From IMG/VR virus record IMGVR_UViG_3300017732_000001: a DNA stretch of 64,000 nucleotides; one strand, 5' to 3'. A program made the position numbers and the translations under genes. The stretch is from an uncultured virus (IMG/VR IMGVR_UViG_3300017732_000001). Lineage: Duplodnaviria; Heunggongvirae; Uroviricota; Caudoviricetes. Positions 23,398 through 34,500 of this stretch are shown piece after piece. How positions within the stretch are numbered: the stretch's first letter is position 1; each line of letters begins with the position of its first letter. Under the pieces are notes generated by a model. The model did no database searches and was not told the origin of the DNA. It worked only from the letters and a program-made list of their open reading frames with translations.

Positions 23398-25071
23398 ATG
23401 GCTAAGCAAAATCTTAACATTGGTGTATCGGCAAACGATGGCACTGGTGATACCTTAAGAGATGGTGCTATTAAACTCAACAATGTTATTAATGAGTTAT
23501 ACACCTATCTTGGAGACAATACTAATCTGCAAATTAGTGTCGGAAGTCCGTCAACTAATCAGGTTCTAAAATGGAATGGTTCAGTATTCACTGAAGGTCA
23601 ACTTTCTGTTTCCAATCTTACCGATATTGATGTTAGCGGTGTCAGTAACGGTCAAGTTCTGAAGTGGAACGAGGCAAATGCTCGTTGGCAAGCAGGTGAT
23701 GATCTACAAGGTGGTGGAGGCGGTGGTTCTTCGATCACTAATCTTTCTAACAACGGATCGGGTAACGTTGTTATTGACACTCATTTTCTACCAAACTCGG
23801 ATGCAACCTATGATCTAGGTTCACCCTCACTGAAATTCAGAGACTTGTACCTTGATACATCCACCATTTGGATGGGAGATACTGGTATTTCTACTGACAC
23901 AGTAACACAAGAATTAAATCGTAGAAAGAGACAAGAGCATACTGTTAATAGTATTGACACTGGTGCTACCAGAACTATTGCATCAAAACTTGCTTCTGAA
24001 GATTCTACTCAAGAAGAGAAGTTTAGACTTAGATTCTCATTAATGAAAGTTGGTACTAAACTCAACATTGAAGATGCAACTGGTGCTAAGGCAACAGTTA
24101 TGTTTGCTTCCTTCGTTGCTGAGAATGGTGGAGCACGTGGCTATATAACAACAACTGCTGCAGGTGCTGATCAGTCACAAGAATTATCTGTCTCTAGTGC
24201 TGTCAAGATTACATCCTACAACCGTATGGTTTCTGAGGATGAAGGAGGCAACATTGAGTTGGGTGGACAATCACTGAAGTTCGCTGCAGGTAAAGAACTT
24301 AAATTTAGTAATGACATCCTTGAACTTCCTTCAAACAGTTCTATTCGTTTTGGTGATAGTGGGTCTACGAAAGTCATTGCTATGGACAGTAGTGGTAATT
24401 TGGATCTTCCTACTGGTACTGACATCCGTTTTGGCGGTGATGCTGCTAAATCAATCAAATTTGATGGAAGTGGTAACCTTGAAGTTCCAGATACTGCAGA
24501 AATTCGTTTCGGATCTGGTGGAACTAAGAAACTAAAGTTTGATGCTTCTAATAACTTAGAACTTCCTACTGATACTGAGATCAAAATTGGAACCAAGAGA
24601 ATGAAAATTGGTTCCAATGGTGAGTTGGAAGTTGCAAACGATGGTACTACCTTCAATGAAATTGGTGGAGGATTCCAATCTCAGATCAATAATGCTCCTG
24701 CAGGTGCATCAATTATTAAGGGATATAATAACGCCACAATTCATAAACCCTCTCCTTGTATCCTGTTCAGATTTACTGCTGCTGGCAGCAGCAGTTACAC
24801 AGTATCAGGACCAGGATTTCCTGCATCAGGTGGAACCAGTAGTCCTACTGTTGTTCTCTATCGTGGATTTACATATGATCTCCACAACCAAGCAGGAGGA
24901 GCACATCCACTAGCAATTAGAACTGCATCAGGTGGATCTGCATATACCACAGGTATTACTGGTTCAAATACAGGTATGCAATCATTCACAGTTCCTATGG
25001 ATGCACCTAGTACATTGTATTACCAGTGCACAATCCATAGTGGAATGCTAGGAACCCTCGATATTCGTTAA
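23398..25071 (+). CDS. gp9/gp10-like baseplate tail-fibre connector with C-terminal cupredoxin-like module (557 aa)
   Basis: The N-terminus MAKQNLNIGVSANDGTGDTLRDGAIKLNNVINELY is the T4 gp9/gp10 N-terminal motif. Also NQVLKWNG repeats, four to five 'LELPxxxxIRFG' repeats, and a C-terminal HPLAIR...LYYQCTIHSGM. Confidence 0.75.
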   Translation: MAKQNLNIGVSANDGTGDTLRDGAIKLNNVINELYTYLGDNTNLQISVGSPSTNQVLKWNGSVFTEGQLSVSNLTDIDVSGVSNGQVLKWNEANARWQAGDDLQGGGGGGSSITNLSNNGSGNVVIDTHFLPNSDATYDLGSPSLKFRDLYLDTSTIWMGDTGISTDTVTQELNRRKRQEHTVNSIDTGATRTIASKLASEDSTQEEKFRLRFSLMKVGTKLNIEDATGAKATVMFASFVAENGGARGYITTTAAGADQSQELSVSSAVKITSYNRMVSEDEGGNIELGGQSLKFAAGKELKFSNDILELPSNSSIRFGDSGSTKVIAMDSSGNLDLPTGTDIRFGGDAAKSIKFDGSGNLEVPDTAEIRFGSGGTKKLKFDASNNLELPTDTEIKIGTKRMKIGSNGELEVANDGTTFNEIGGGFQSQINNAPAGASIIKGYNNATIHKPSPCILFRFTAAGSSSYTVSGPGFPASGGTSSPTVVLYRGFTYDLHNQAGGAHPLAIRTASGGSAYTTGITGSNTGMQSFTVPMDAPSTLYYQCTIHSGMLGTLDIR

Positions 25072-25075
25072 GTAA

Positions 25076-26950
25076 ATGCCAAGAACAGTACCAGGAAGCG
25101 GCGCTATTATTGAACCTATCTTTAACTCCATATTTGGGGTTAGAGAGGTTTATGTGGTGGATGGTGGAACTGGATATAATTCTTCCGATCCTCCTCAACT
25201 TAAAATCGGTAACTGTGGTACCCCAATTAGAGATGCAGTCTTACAACCAGTAGTTTCAAATGGTCAGATTGCTTCAGTAAGAGTTTTGGATCCTGGTGAA
25301 GGGTACGATCCATTTAGAATTGAATTAGAAACAACTGGTGTAGGTAACGGTGCAGTAGCAAAGGCAATCCTGTATGAGCAGGATGAAGTTGCACCTGATG
25401 GTACTATCATTGCTCCTGCTGGATCTATTCAATACATACAAGTTTTGTCTAACGGTGACGAGTATTTCTCATCTCCCACAACTGCCGAAGTAAAAGGTGG
25501 TGGTGGATCAGGTGCTGAACTCCGTCCCGTTGTTGGTCTTGTTACTGGTTTGTCACTAGAAGTTCCTGGTGCAAACTATGAGTTGGGAGACATCAATTTA
25601 GTTGTCTCTGGTGGCGGGGGTCAAGGTGCAACTGGTGTTGCAGAAGTCGATGAATTTGGTGTTATCAAATCTGTCGATGTTTCTAACGTCGGTGAGTTCT
25701 ATGAAACTGCACCTACGATCTTGCTTAATGGAGGTGGTGGATCTGGTGGTACTGCAAAAGCAAATATCAATTTAGGTTCTATTACAACTATTGATGTTGT
25801 TAATCCTGGAGGCGGTTATTCATCTGCTCCTCAAGTGTTATTCACGAGGAATACCGACCTTACTAAACAGGCACGTAACCGTCAATCTTATAATTCAAAT
25901 CTATATAACATATCTGGTCTACTTGCAGATGTAGATGAGAACGATCAAACAATCTATGTACAGACGACTACTCCTTATCCTGGTTCAGGTAAGATTCTTA
26001 TCGGTAGAGAGGTTATTAGATATACAGGTAAAACACTTACCTCATTCACTGGTTGCGACCGTGCTCTTAACTTCCGATACGATCAAAAGGTTCTGATAGA
26101 TTCATTAGCAAATGATTCTAACGGTGTCTCAGGATATACCTTTAACGTGGGAGACAGGGTTACTAGAACAACAGAAAGTTCCAGTAATAAGATTGCGAGA
26201 GTATATGATTGGGTCCCATCTGAGAGAGCGCTCTACCTCGTCTTCGAGGTTGATGAACTTGCTTTCATTGATGGTGGATCTTCTCAAGTTAAATCACAGG
26301 TGATTGACTTCAGTGGTGGTGTTGCTTCAGCAACTTCCACTGGTGTTGAACCTCACGTTCTGATTGACCTTGCAGATTCTAGAATCATTACCTTGACTGT
26401 TCCTATTAGTTACATTCAAGATAAAGCATTCGAAGATGATGATGAAGTTGGTGGTCTCGGGGATGGTATTCCCGATTTGATCAATACAAACACTGACTTC
26501 CAAGGAGAGATAAGTCTTGATGGTGGTATTGCATCATCACTTTATGGTATTGAGGAAACCGTTGGTGGTACCAATACTACTCTGTTTGCGATTGGAGACC
26601 AAATGACTGATGGTTCCAGTCCTCCATTATCTCCTACAGTTTCCATTGCTGGAGAACTAGGAGATGGTGATTTGCACCCTGCTGAGGTGCAATTTAAAAT
26701 GCGTAGCACTGACCCTGTTAATGGTAACTTTACAGTTGATGAAACTGTTACGGGATCCATCACAGGTATTACTGCGACTGTGAAATCTTGGGATAATGCA
26801 TCCAAAACTTTGGTAGTTAAAACAGTTGTTGCAAACGCTGGAAACTATCTTTGGAATGCTAACGAAACTCTCACTGGCGGTTCGACAGGAGTAGTTGGTA
26901 CACCCTTGAAAATTGAATATCTTTCATACATTAGAAACGAACCAGACTAA
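25076..26950 (+). CDS. Baseplate-associated structural protein with Gly-rich repeats (624 aa)
   Basis: GGTGYNSSDPP / GGGGSGA / PGGGYSSAP repeats shared with gp7 and gp8; located in the baseplate cluster. Confidence 0.75.
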   Translation: MPRTVPGSGAIIEPIFNSIFGVREVYVVDGGTGYNSSDPPQLKIGNCGTPIRDAVLQPVVSNGQIASVRVLDPGEGYDPFRIELETTGVGNGAVAKAILYEQDEVAPDGTIIAPAGSIQYIQVLSNGDEYFSSPTTAEVKGGGGSGAELRPVVGLVTGLSLEVPGANYELGDINLVVSGGGGQGATGVAEVDEFGVIKSVDVSNVGEFYETAPTILLNGGGGSGGTAKANINLGSITTIDVVNPGGGYSSAPQVLFTRNTDLTKQARNRQSYNSNLYNISGLLADVDENDQTIYVQTTTPYPGSGKILIGREVIRYTGKTLTSFTGCDRALNFRYDQKVLIDSLANDSNGVSGYTFNVGDRVTRTTESSSNKIARVYDWVPSERALYLVFEVDELAFIDGGSSQVKSQVIDFSGGVASATSTGVEPHVLIDLADSRIITLTVPISYIQDKAFEDDDEVGGLGDGIPDLINTNTDFQGEISLDGGIASSLYGIEETVGGTNTTLFAIGDQMTDGSSPPLSPTVSIAGELGDGDLHPAEVQFKMRSTDPVNGNFTVDETVTGSITGITATVKSWDNASKTLVVKTVVANAGNYLWNANETLTGGSTGVVGTPLKIEYLSYIRNEPD

Positions 26951-26954
26951 CCCC

Positions 26955-26962
26955 TATAAATA
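26955..26962 (+). promoter_or_regulatory. Late promoter TATAAATA
   Basis: Exact T4 gp55 consensus, intergenic, 22 nt before the gp8 ATG. Confidence 0.85.
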
Positions 26963-26984
26963 AAGAGAAGGTAGAAACTGTCCA

Positions 26985-28520
26985 ATGGCACTACTCACTG
27001 ACCAATTTAGAATTTTTACTGCGGAAAAATTCATCAAATCACTGGAAGGTCCTGACAAGAACCAGAGTGACATAGCTGCTGGTGCAAACAGAGATCGTCT
27101 GTATGTGTACATTGGGCGTCCTCAGGAATGGGATAACGAGAATAACCCTCCGACCCCCGTTGACTCTTTCCAAGAGTTTTCTGATTCATTCGATGATATG
27201 ATCTCGATGAAGCGTGTTCTTGCGAACGACGCTGTTCAGGTTATTCGTCGTATTGACTGGATCCCACCCGAGCAAACCACTGGTGGTTTGGGTTATGTGT
27301 ACGATATGTATCGTCACGATTATTCATCCAGTAAGACTGCATCGTCTGGTGCTACCAAACTGTATGATGCTGACTTCTACGTTGTTAACTCATCTTATCA
27401 AACGTATAAGTGCATTTACAATGGAACATCACCAAGTGATCCTAACGGTAAACCATCAACGGTTGAACCGACAGGTACATCTACATCTATTATCACAACT
27501 GCTGACGGTTATCGTTGGAAGTATATGTACACGATCCCTGTGGGTCAGGTACTGAAATTCTTCTCAGGTGATTATATGCCTGTGTTGATTGATACTGCTG
27601 TTGTGTCTGACGCTGTTGGTGGTGAGATTGACACTGTTGTTATCCAATCTGCAGGTTCTGGATATAACAACGGTACATACGAGAACATCCCAATCAAAGG
27701 TGATGGAACTGGTGGAAGAATATCTGTTGTGGTTGACGGTGGTCGTATCGTCTCTGCTACTGTAACTTCTGGTGGTGCCAACTATTCCTTTGGTAAAGTC
27801 ATCATTGATGAGATTAACGGTATCGGTGCTGGTACTGGATCTGGTGGTGCTATCGACGTTATCATTCCTCCGAAAGGTGGACACGGTTCAGGTCCCCAAA
27901 TTGAATTGGGTGGGTTCCGTACTATGATCAACACTAAGTTCACATACGATGAAGGTTCTGGAGATTTCCCAACTGATAACGATTACAGACGTATCGGTTT
28001 GGTTCTGAATCCTCTGAAGTATGGTACTGAAGAATTGGCAGACGCTATTACTTTGTCTGCTACTAACGCTGTGATTTTCGCGCCAGATTTCACAGGTTCA
28101 TTTAATACTGACGAAATTATTACTCAAACTCGTACTGTTGGTGGTCAACAAGTGACTGCTAGAGGTCGAGTTGTATCTTGGAACTCAACAACAAAAGTTC
28201 TTAAGTATTACCAAAACAGAGTTGACGGTATCTTCCCTGAAATCTCTGGTAATAAAACAGTCTTTGATGGTGGTAACACCGTTGTTGGTTCAGGTTCTGG
28301 TACTTCTGCCGACCCTGATATTAACTTCCCTATCGTACCTGGTGAAGCAACTCGTGTTATTAATAACACTGAGTATGACTTAGGTATGTCTTTCACTTCT
28401 GGTTACGCCAAATCCGAGGTGAAAAAGGACTCTGGAAAAGTCATCTACATAGACAATAGGAGAGCAATCTCCCGTGCTGGCGACCAAATTGAAGACATTA
28501 AGATCGTAGTAGAGTTCTAA
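26985..28520 (+). CDS. gp8: Baseplate wedge subunit gp8 (511 aa)
   Basis: LYVYIGRPQEW, YDMYRHDYS, FYVVNSSYQTYKCIYNG, DGYRWKYMYTI, and C-terminal SGKVIYIDNRRAISRAGDQIEDIKIVVEF typical of cyanophage gp8. Confidence 0.92.
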   Translation: MALLTDQFRIFTAEKFIKSLEGPDKNQSDIAAGANRDRLYVYIGRPQEWDNENNPPTPVDSFQEFSDSFDDMISMKRVLANDAVQVIRRIDWIPPEQTTGGLGYVYDMYRHDYSSSKTASSGATKLYDADFYVVNSSYQTYKCIYNGTSPSDPNGKPSTVEPTGTSTSIITTADGYRWKYMYTIPVGQVLKFFSGDYMPVLIDTAVVSDAVGGEIDTVVIQSAGSGYNNGTYENIPIKGDGTGGRISVVVDGGRIVSATVTSGGANYSFGKVIIDEINGIGAGTGSGGAIDVIIPPKGGHGSGPQIELGGFRTMINTKFTYDEGSGDFPTDNDYRRIGLVLNPLKYGTEELADAITLSATNAVIFAPDFTGSFNTDEIITQTRTVGGQQVTARGRVVSWNSTTKVLKYYQNRVDGIFPEISGNKTVFDGGNTVVGSGSGTSADPDINFPIVPGEATRVINNTEYDLGMSFTSGYAKSEVKKDSGKVIYIDNRRAISRAGDQIEDIKIVVEF

Positions 28521-28524
28521 ACCA

Positions 28525-31500
28525 ATGCCTCAGAATACCAATCTGAATATCGCTCCTTATTTCGATGATTTCGATAAGGCGAATAATTTTTACCGAGTGC
28601 TGTTCCGCCCTGGGTACCCTATCCAAGCTCGTGAACTAACGACGCTTCAATCTCTGATGCAAAATCAGGTTGAGTCGTTTGGTACGCATATGTTTAAGGA
28701 TGGCAGTATGGTCATCCCTGGTCAGATTGGTTATGACCTTGATGCTAAAGCAGTTATCCTCCAAGGATCATTCTTGGGTGCAGACGTTGAACAATATAGA
28801 CAACAAATTACTGGTAAAATTATTGAAGGTCTTACCACTGGTATCAAAGCAAAAGTTATATTCAGTATTTCTTCTACTACATCTGAGCGTGGTTATATTA
28901 CATTATACGTTAAGTATCTAACATCTGGTGGTTCAGATTCAGATACAAGAGAGTTTGTTGATAACGAACAGTTGATTTGTGCTTCTGAGATTACTTATGG
29001 TAACTCTCTGATTGAGATCGGCACTCCTTTCTCTCAGTTGCTTCCTACTAACTCTACTGCTGTAGGTTCTACTGCTAGTATTGCTAATGGTGTTTACTTT
29101 ATTAGAGGACACTTTGTAGATGTTCTTGAACAGACTATCATTCTTGATCAATATGCAAACAATCCTTCTTATAGGATTGGTCTAGAAATTTTCGAATCTA
29201 TTGTTACTCCAGAAGATGATCCAAATCTAAACGATAATGCTACTGGTACTTCCAACTATTCTGCTCCTGGTGCTCACAGATTTAGGATCAGAACCAGTCT
29301 AGTTAAAAAAGTTATCGATGATGATACTGATAAAAACTTCATCGAACTTTTAAGAATTAATAAATCTCAGATTGAAAGTTTTGTAGAAAGATCTGCATAT
29401 AACGAACTTGCAAAAGAACTTGCTAGAAGAACATTTGACGAGTCTGGTGATTATACTGTTCGTGATTTTGATGTAAGAGTTAGAGAACATTATAATGATG
29501 GTTCTAATGGTGGTGTATATCTTCCTGGAGAGACTTCACCTCAAGGTAATAATGCATCTACTGCACACTATGCTGTAGAGATTGGACCTGGTAAAGCATA
29601 CGTTAAGGGTTACGAATCAGAAACTCTGGTTCCTAGTTTCATTGACTTGATCAAACCAAGAGAAACTCTTGCATTACAGAACTCAATCATCCCGTTTGAG
29701 TTGGGTCAGTATATGTTGATGAATAATGTACAGGGGTCCCCTATCATCAACGGTAATAATATTACTGCCAACTATCAAGTTATTGAGTTTAGAGATCAAG
29801 CACAAAGTAATAACCTTTCCAGTAATGGTCAGATTGTTGCACTTGGTCGTATTGCTGCATATGAATATCATAGTGGTACTAATGTAACTTCTACAGCAAC
29901 AGTTTTTAAAGCATATATTTTTGACTTACAACCTCTAACAATCTTTAAAACAGATGCTGCAGTCACACTTACTCAAGGACACGTTATTAGAGGTAGAACT
30001 TCTAGGGCAAAAGCATTTGTTGAAGGCGATGTATCAGGTGGTTCAGTATTCAACGTTTACCAAGTTTATGGTTCATTCCGAAATGGGGAGATTCTTGAGC
30101 GTGATGGTATTGAAATCGGTACTCTAAACGACCATTTCTCATTCCAAGTTACCGATGCACGTTCAATGATCGGTAGAGATCCAGATACAAACAACATTAG
30201 ATTTGCTGGAGACCTCATCAACGATGCTCAGGTTGTTATTCTTGGTACAAACTTTAATGTAAGTTCTGCGGGTGCTACTGGTACGTTAACTGGTACACAA
30301 TCTAACTTCACATTAGACATCAGACCAAATGACATCTTTACTCAGAACGGAGTAAACGCTCTGTTCGCTGATAGAATTAGCACTGTTTCAGGTAATATCG
30401 ATAATAAGATTACAACTGCTACTACTGCTACCTACTCTGGTAACAATATTCCAGCAGGGGATTATGGATTCTTAGTTAGATTGCGTCCTCAGATTTATGA
30501 TAGAGAGACTGCTGATCTTATGATCGAGATGCCAAAAGAATCGATCAATAATATTAGTGATGAATCTGCTATTGTTGCACGTTCTTTTGACGACATCACA
30601 GTTACTGGTGCTAATGACTTTACGATTTCTTTACCTGCTGATGAACAGTTCCTTGCATATGATAAGGATCACTATCAGTTAGTATCTCTTGCACCTACCC
30701 CAGGTACACTGATTGACATCGAATCAAATCTTGCATTTAACACAACTGGTACTCCAAGAACATCATTGACTGTTTCTGGTTTAACTGGTGTTACATCTTG
30801 TCGTTTGATTGCTTCTATCTCTAAAAACCAAGCAGAGAAGAAGTTGAAGAATGCTACTCAGATGGAAGTTATGAAGGTTGAGAGAACCACTAACTCATCT
30901 GATGCTGTTAAGTATGGTCTTACATATGGTTCATTGTTTGGAACTCGTATTGAAGACGAAGAGATTTCACTTGGATCTACTGACGTTTATAACGTTCACG
31001 CCATCTATGAATCATCAGACGATAATGCTGCTATAATTCCTAACCTTCAAATGCAAGATGCAACCATCTTCAAAGAAGGTACTATTATTGAAGGTCAGAC
31101 ATCTAAAGCAAAAGGGCGTGTTGTAAACTTCAACGCTGTTTCATACGTCTGCCATTTTGTATATGAAAACGATACATTCTTCCAGTTAGGTGAAACTATT
31201 CGTGGTTTTGATGCTAACGATGAAGTTATCTCTGGTCTTTCAAATGATGCAGAAGGATCTATCGATAATGGTTCTAGAAATATTACTACAGATTTCTTCC
31301 TTGATGCTAACCAGAAAGGTCACTTCTACGATATTTCTAAACTTGTTAGGTATGCATCATCAACTAAACCTCTTAGAAAGTTGATGATTGTGTTTGATAG
31401 ATTCACTCACGAAGCAACGGGTGACTATTTTGCTGCTCAATCTTATGTTGGTATTGACTATGGTAGGATTCCTTCTGTAACTCTTGACGGTGAAACAAGA

Positions 31501-34500
31501 GAACTTAGAGATGTTCTTGACTTTAGACCTGCCGTTACTCCTGTTCTTTCAGGATCTGGTACTGTAGGTTCACCATACTATGTAAACTGTGCATCACTCG
31601 ACTTTAAAGATAGAGGATTCTCTTCTGGTGGTGTTGCAAATAATGCTACGGTCATTGATATTCCAAAACCTGAGTCAGATTTCCGTTGTGACTATGACTA
31701 CTACCTTGGTAGAGTTGACAAATTATTCCTAACTGACCAGCAAGAGTTTAAGATTGCCAGAGGTATTTCTGGTGAGAACCAAGAACTTCCAGGTGATATG
31801 GATAATGCAATGCTAATGGCAACATTCTTCCATAAACCATATGGTTATAGTCCTGCAGATGTAAGAATTTCTAGAGAAAACAACCGACGTTTCACAATGC
31901 GTGACATCGGTAGAATTGAAAAGAGAGTTGATAACCTTGAGTATTACACATCTCTAAACCTTCTTGAGATGGAAACTGCATCATTCTCTGTTAAGGATGC
32001 TGATGGTTTTGATAAATTCAAGAATGGATTCTTAGTTGATAACTTTACATCATTCGATTCTGCTCAAACTAGACACGAAGACTTTGCTTGTGCTCTGGAC
32101 TTCTCTGAAGGTATCTTGAGAGCGTCTCATTATACAACAAACGTTGCTCTTGAGTATAACGAAGTTGCATCTAATGCTGTTACTAACCATAGTGTTGGTA
32201 CACTGACTCTCCCATATAACGAAATTCAGTTTATTGTTCAACCTTATGCATCACGAGTTGAGAATGTAAACCCATTCAACGTGTTTGCTTACATCGGTAG
32301 ATTGGATCTATTCCCATCATCTGACGACTGGGTAGCAGAAGAGAGAGAACCAGATAGAGTTGTGAACATTGAAGGTGACTTTACTGCACAGGTTCAAGCA
32401 CTTGGTGGTGACACCAACACAGGTTTTGTTCCTACACAGTGGAACTCTTGGAGAACTAACTGGTCTTCCAGTAACAGTTCTTCTTCATCTCAGTTTATGA
32501 GAAGAGGTTCTTGGCCGTTTATCAGAAGAATTAACACTAACACCACAAATACTGTTAGTAACCAATCCAGATCTGGTCTTAGAACTAACGTTGTTCCTAG
32601 AATTGATCGCCAATCTCTTGGTGATAGAGTTATTGAGCGTACAGTTATTCCTTTCATTAGATCAAGAAATATTGCATTTAAGATCCAGCGTCTGAAACCA
32701 AACACCAGATTCTATGCTTTCATCGATAACGTTAATGTTAATTTCTACACAACGCCTCGATTGATTGAAGTTATTAAGAATCCTATTGATGATACAAGAA
32801 CAAACAATACACCTTTCGTTGTTGGAGAGACAGTAGTTGGTCAGTCATCTGATTGTCATCTCAAGTTGATGGATCCTAACACTGGTTTTGATGATGATCT
32901 AAACCCATTTGATTCTAGTGAACTTCCTAGTTCCTATGCATCAACTACACCTCTCCTTAATATCGACACTAAAATTATGTCGGAGACAGTTGCAGGTGCT
33001 TACTATGGTAACCCTCTAGAGGGTGAGATCCTTGTCGGTCAAACATCTGGTGCTCGTGCTGTTGTTAAGACTAAGCGTCTTGTTGCTAACACCAACGGTG
33101 ACCTTGAAGGTATTATGTGGATTCCTAATCCTGGTGTTGACACCAACCCAAGATTTGCTACAGGTACACGTGTTATCCGTCTTACAACTTCATCAACTGA
33201 CTCTAGAGTTCCTGGTCAGGTTGACTCTGCTGCATCTGCTAACTACGTTGCATCTGGTGTCATCGAGACTAAGCAGACAACTATTCTTGCTGTTAGAAAC
33301 GCCGATGTTGTTAGAGATACTGTTACTCAAGGTAGAACCGTTAACAGTTCAAGTACATCAACAAGAGACACAGGTTGGTACGACCCTCTTGCTCAGTCCT
33401 TCTTGGTTGAGTCTAAAGGTGGTGCATTTATAACTGGTGCTGACTTGTACTTTAATACTAAGGATGAGAGAATCCCAGTATCTGTACAGGTTAGAGAGAT
33501 GGCAAATGGTTATCCAACCACTAAAGTTCTTGCATTCTCTGATGTTACACTTCTTCCTTCACAGATTAATCTATCTGAAAACGGAACAGTTTCTACTAGA
33601 TTTACATTCTCGTCACCAATCTATGTGACAGAGAATAGAGAATATTGTTTGGTTGTTCTTTCTGACTCCAACGAATATAAACTCTGGATTTCCAGAATGG
33701 GTGAAGATGATATTACAAACGATAGAACGATCTCTGAGCAACCATATGCAGGTGTGCTCTTTAAATCACAGAACGCTTCTACTTGGACTGCTGACCAGTA
33801 TGAGGATCTTAAGTTTATCCTTCATAAGGCAGAGTTTACAGCAAACTCAACTGGTACTGCTGTATTCAATAACTCTCAACTTGCTATTGGTAATGGTGGT
33901 ATTAGCAGATTGCGTCACAATCCTATTGAAACACTGAAACCACAACTTAAGATTATTCTTTCTGATCACGTTGCTAACTTTACTATCGGTGCTGAAATTA
34001 CTCAGACTGATACTAACCCAGTTCCTTCTGCGATCGTTAGAGAAGTTGTTCAAGGTATCTCAGGTTCATCTAACTCTTATATTATTGTTGATGATGTTCA
34101 GGGTGAATTTAGAGAAGGTGTTGCATCTGGTGCAAATTACATCTATAGATTGGTTTCATCTAGATCTATTGCTAACATCACTCTGACTGGTGTAACAGGT
34201 ACATTCACAGTTAACGAACCAATCGTTAATGGTACTGGTGCATCTGGTATGGTTACCGCTTGGAACGCAGGTTCAGGACTCTTAACAGTTAAGTCTGTCA
34301 CGGGTACATTTGCTCCTGCTGATCCTATCACTCAAACAATCGCCTCTCAGACAACTGGTTCTGGTACGATTGGTTCTGGTGGTGTGGCATCAAGTGGTGA
34401 TGACATCAATGATTATGCTTCTGCTCCTATCTCATACTTCAACAAAGCAACTGAGGTTACTATTCATCACGCTAACCACTGTATGCACGACGTTGCTAAC

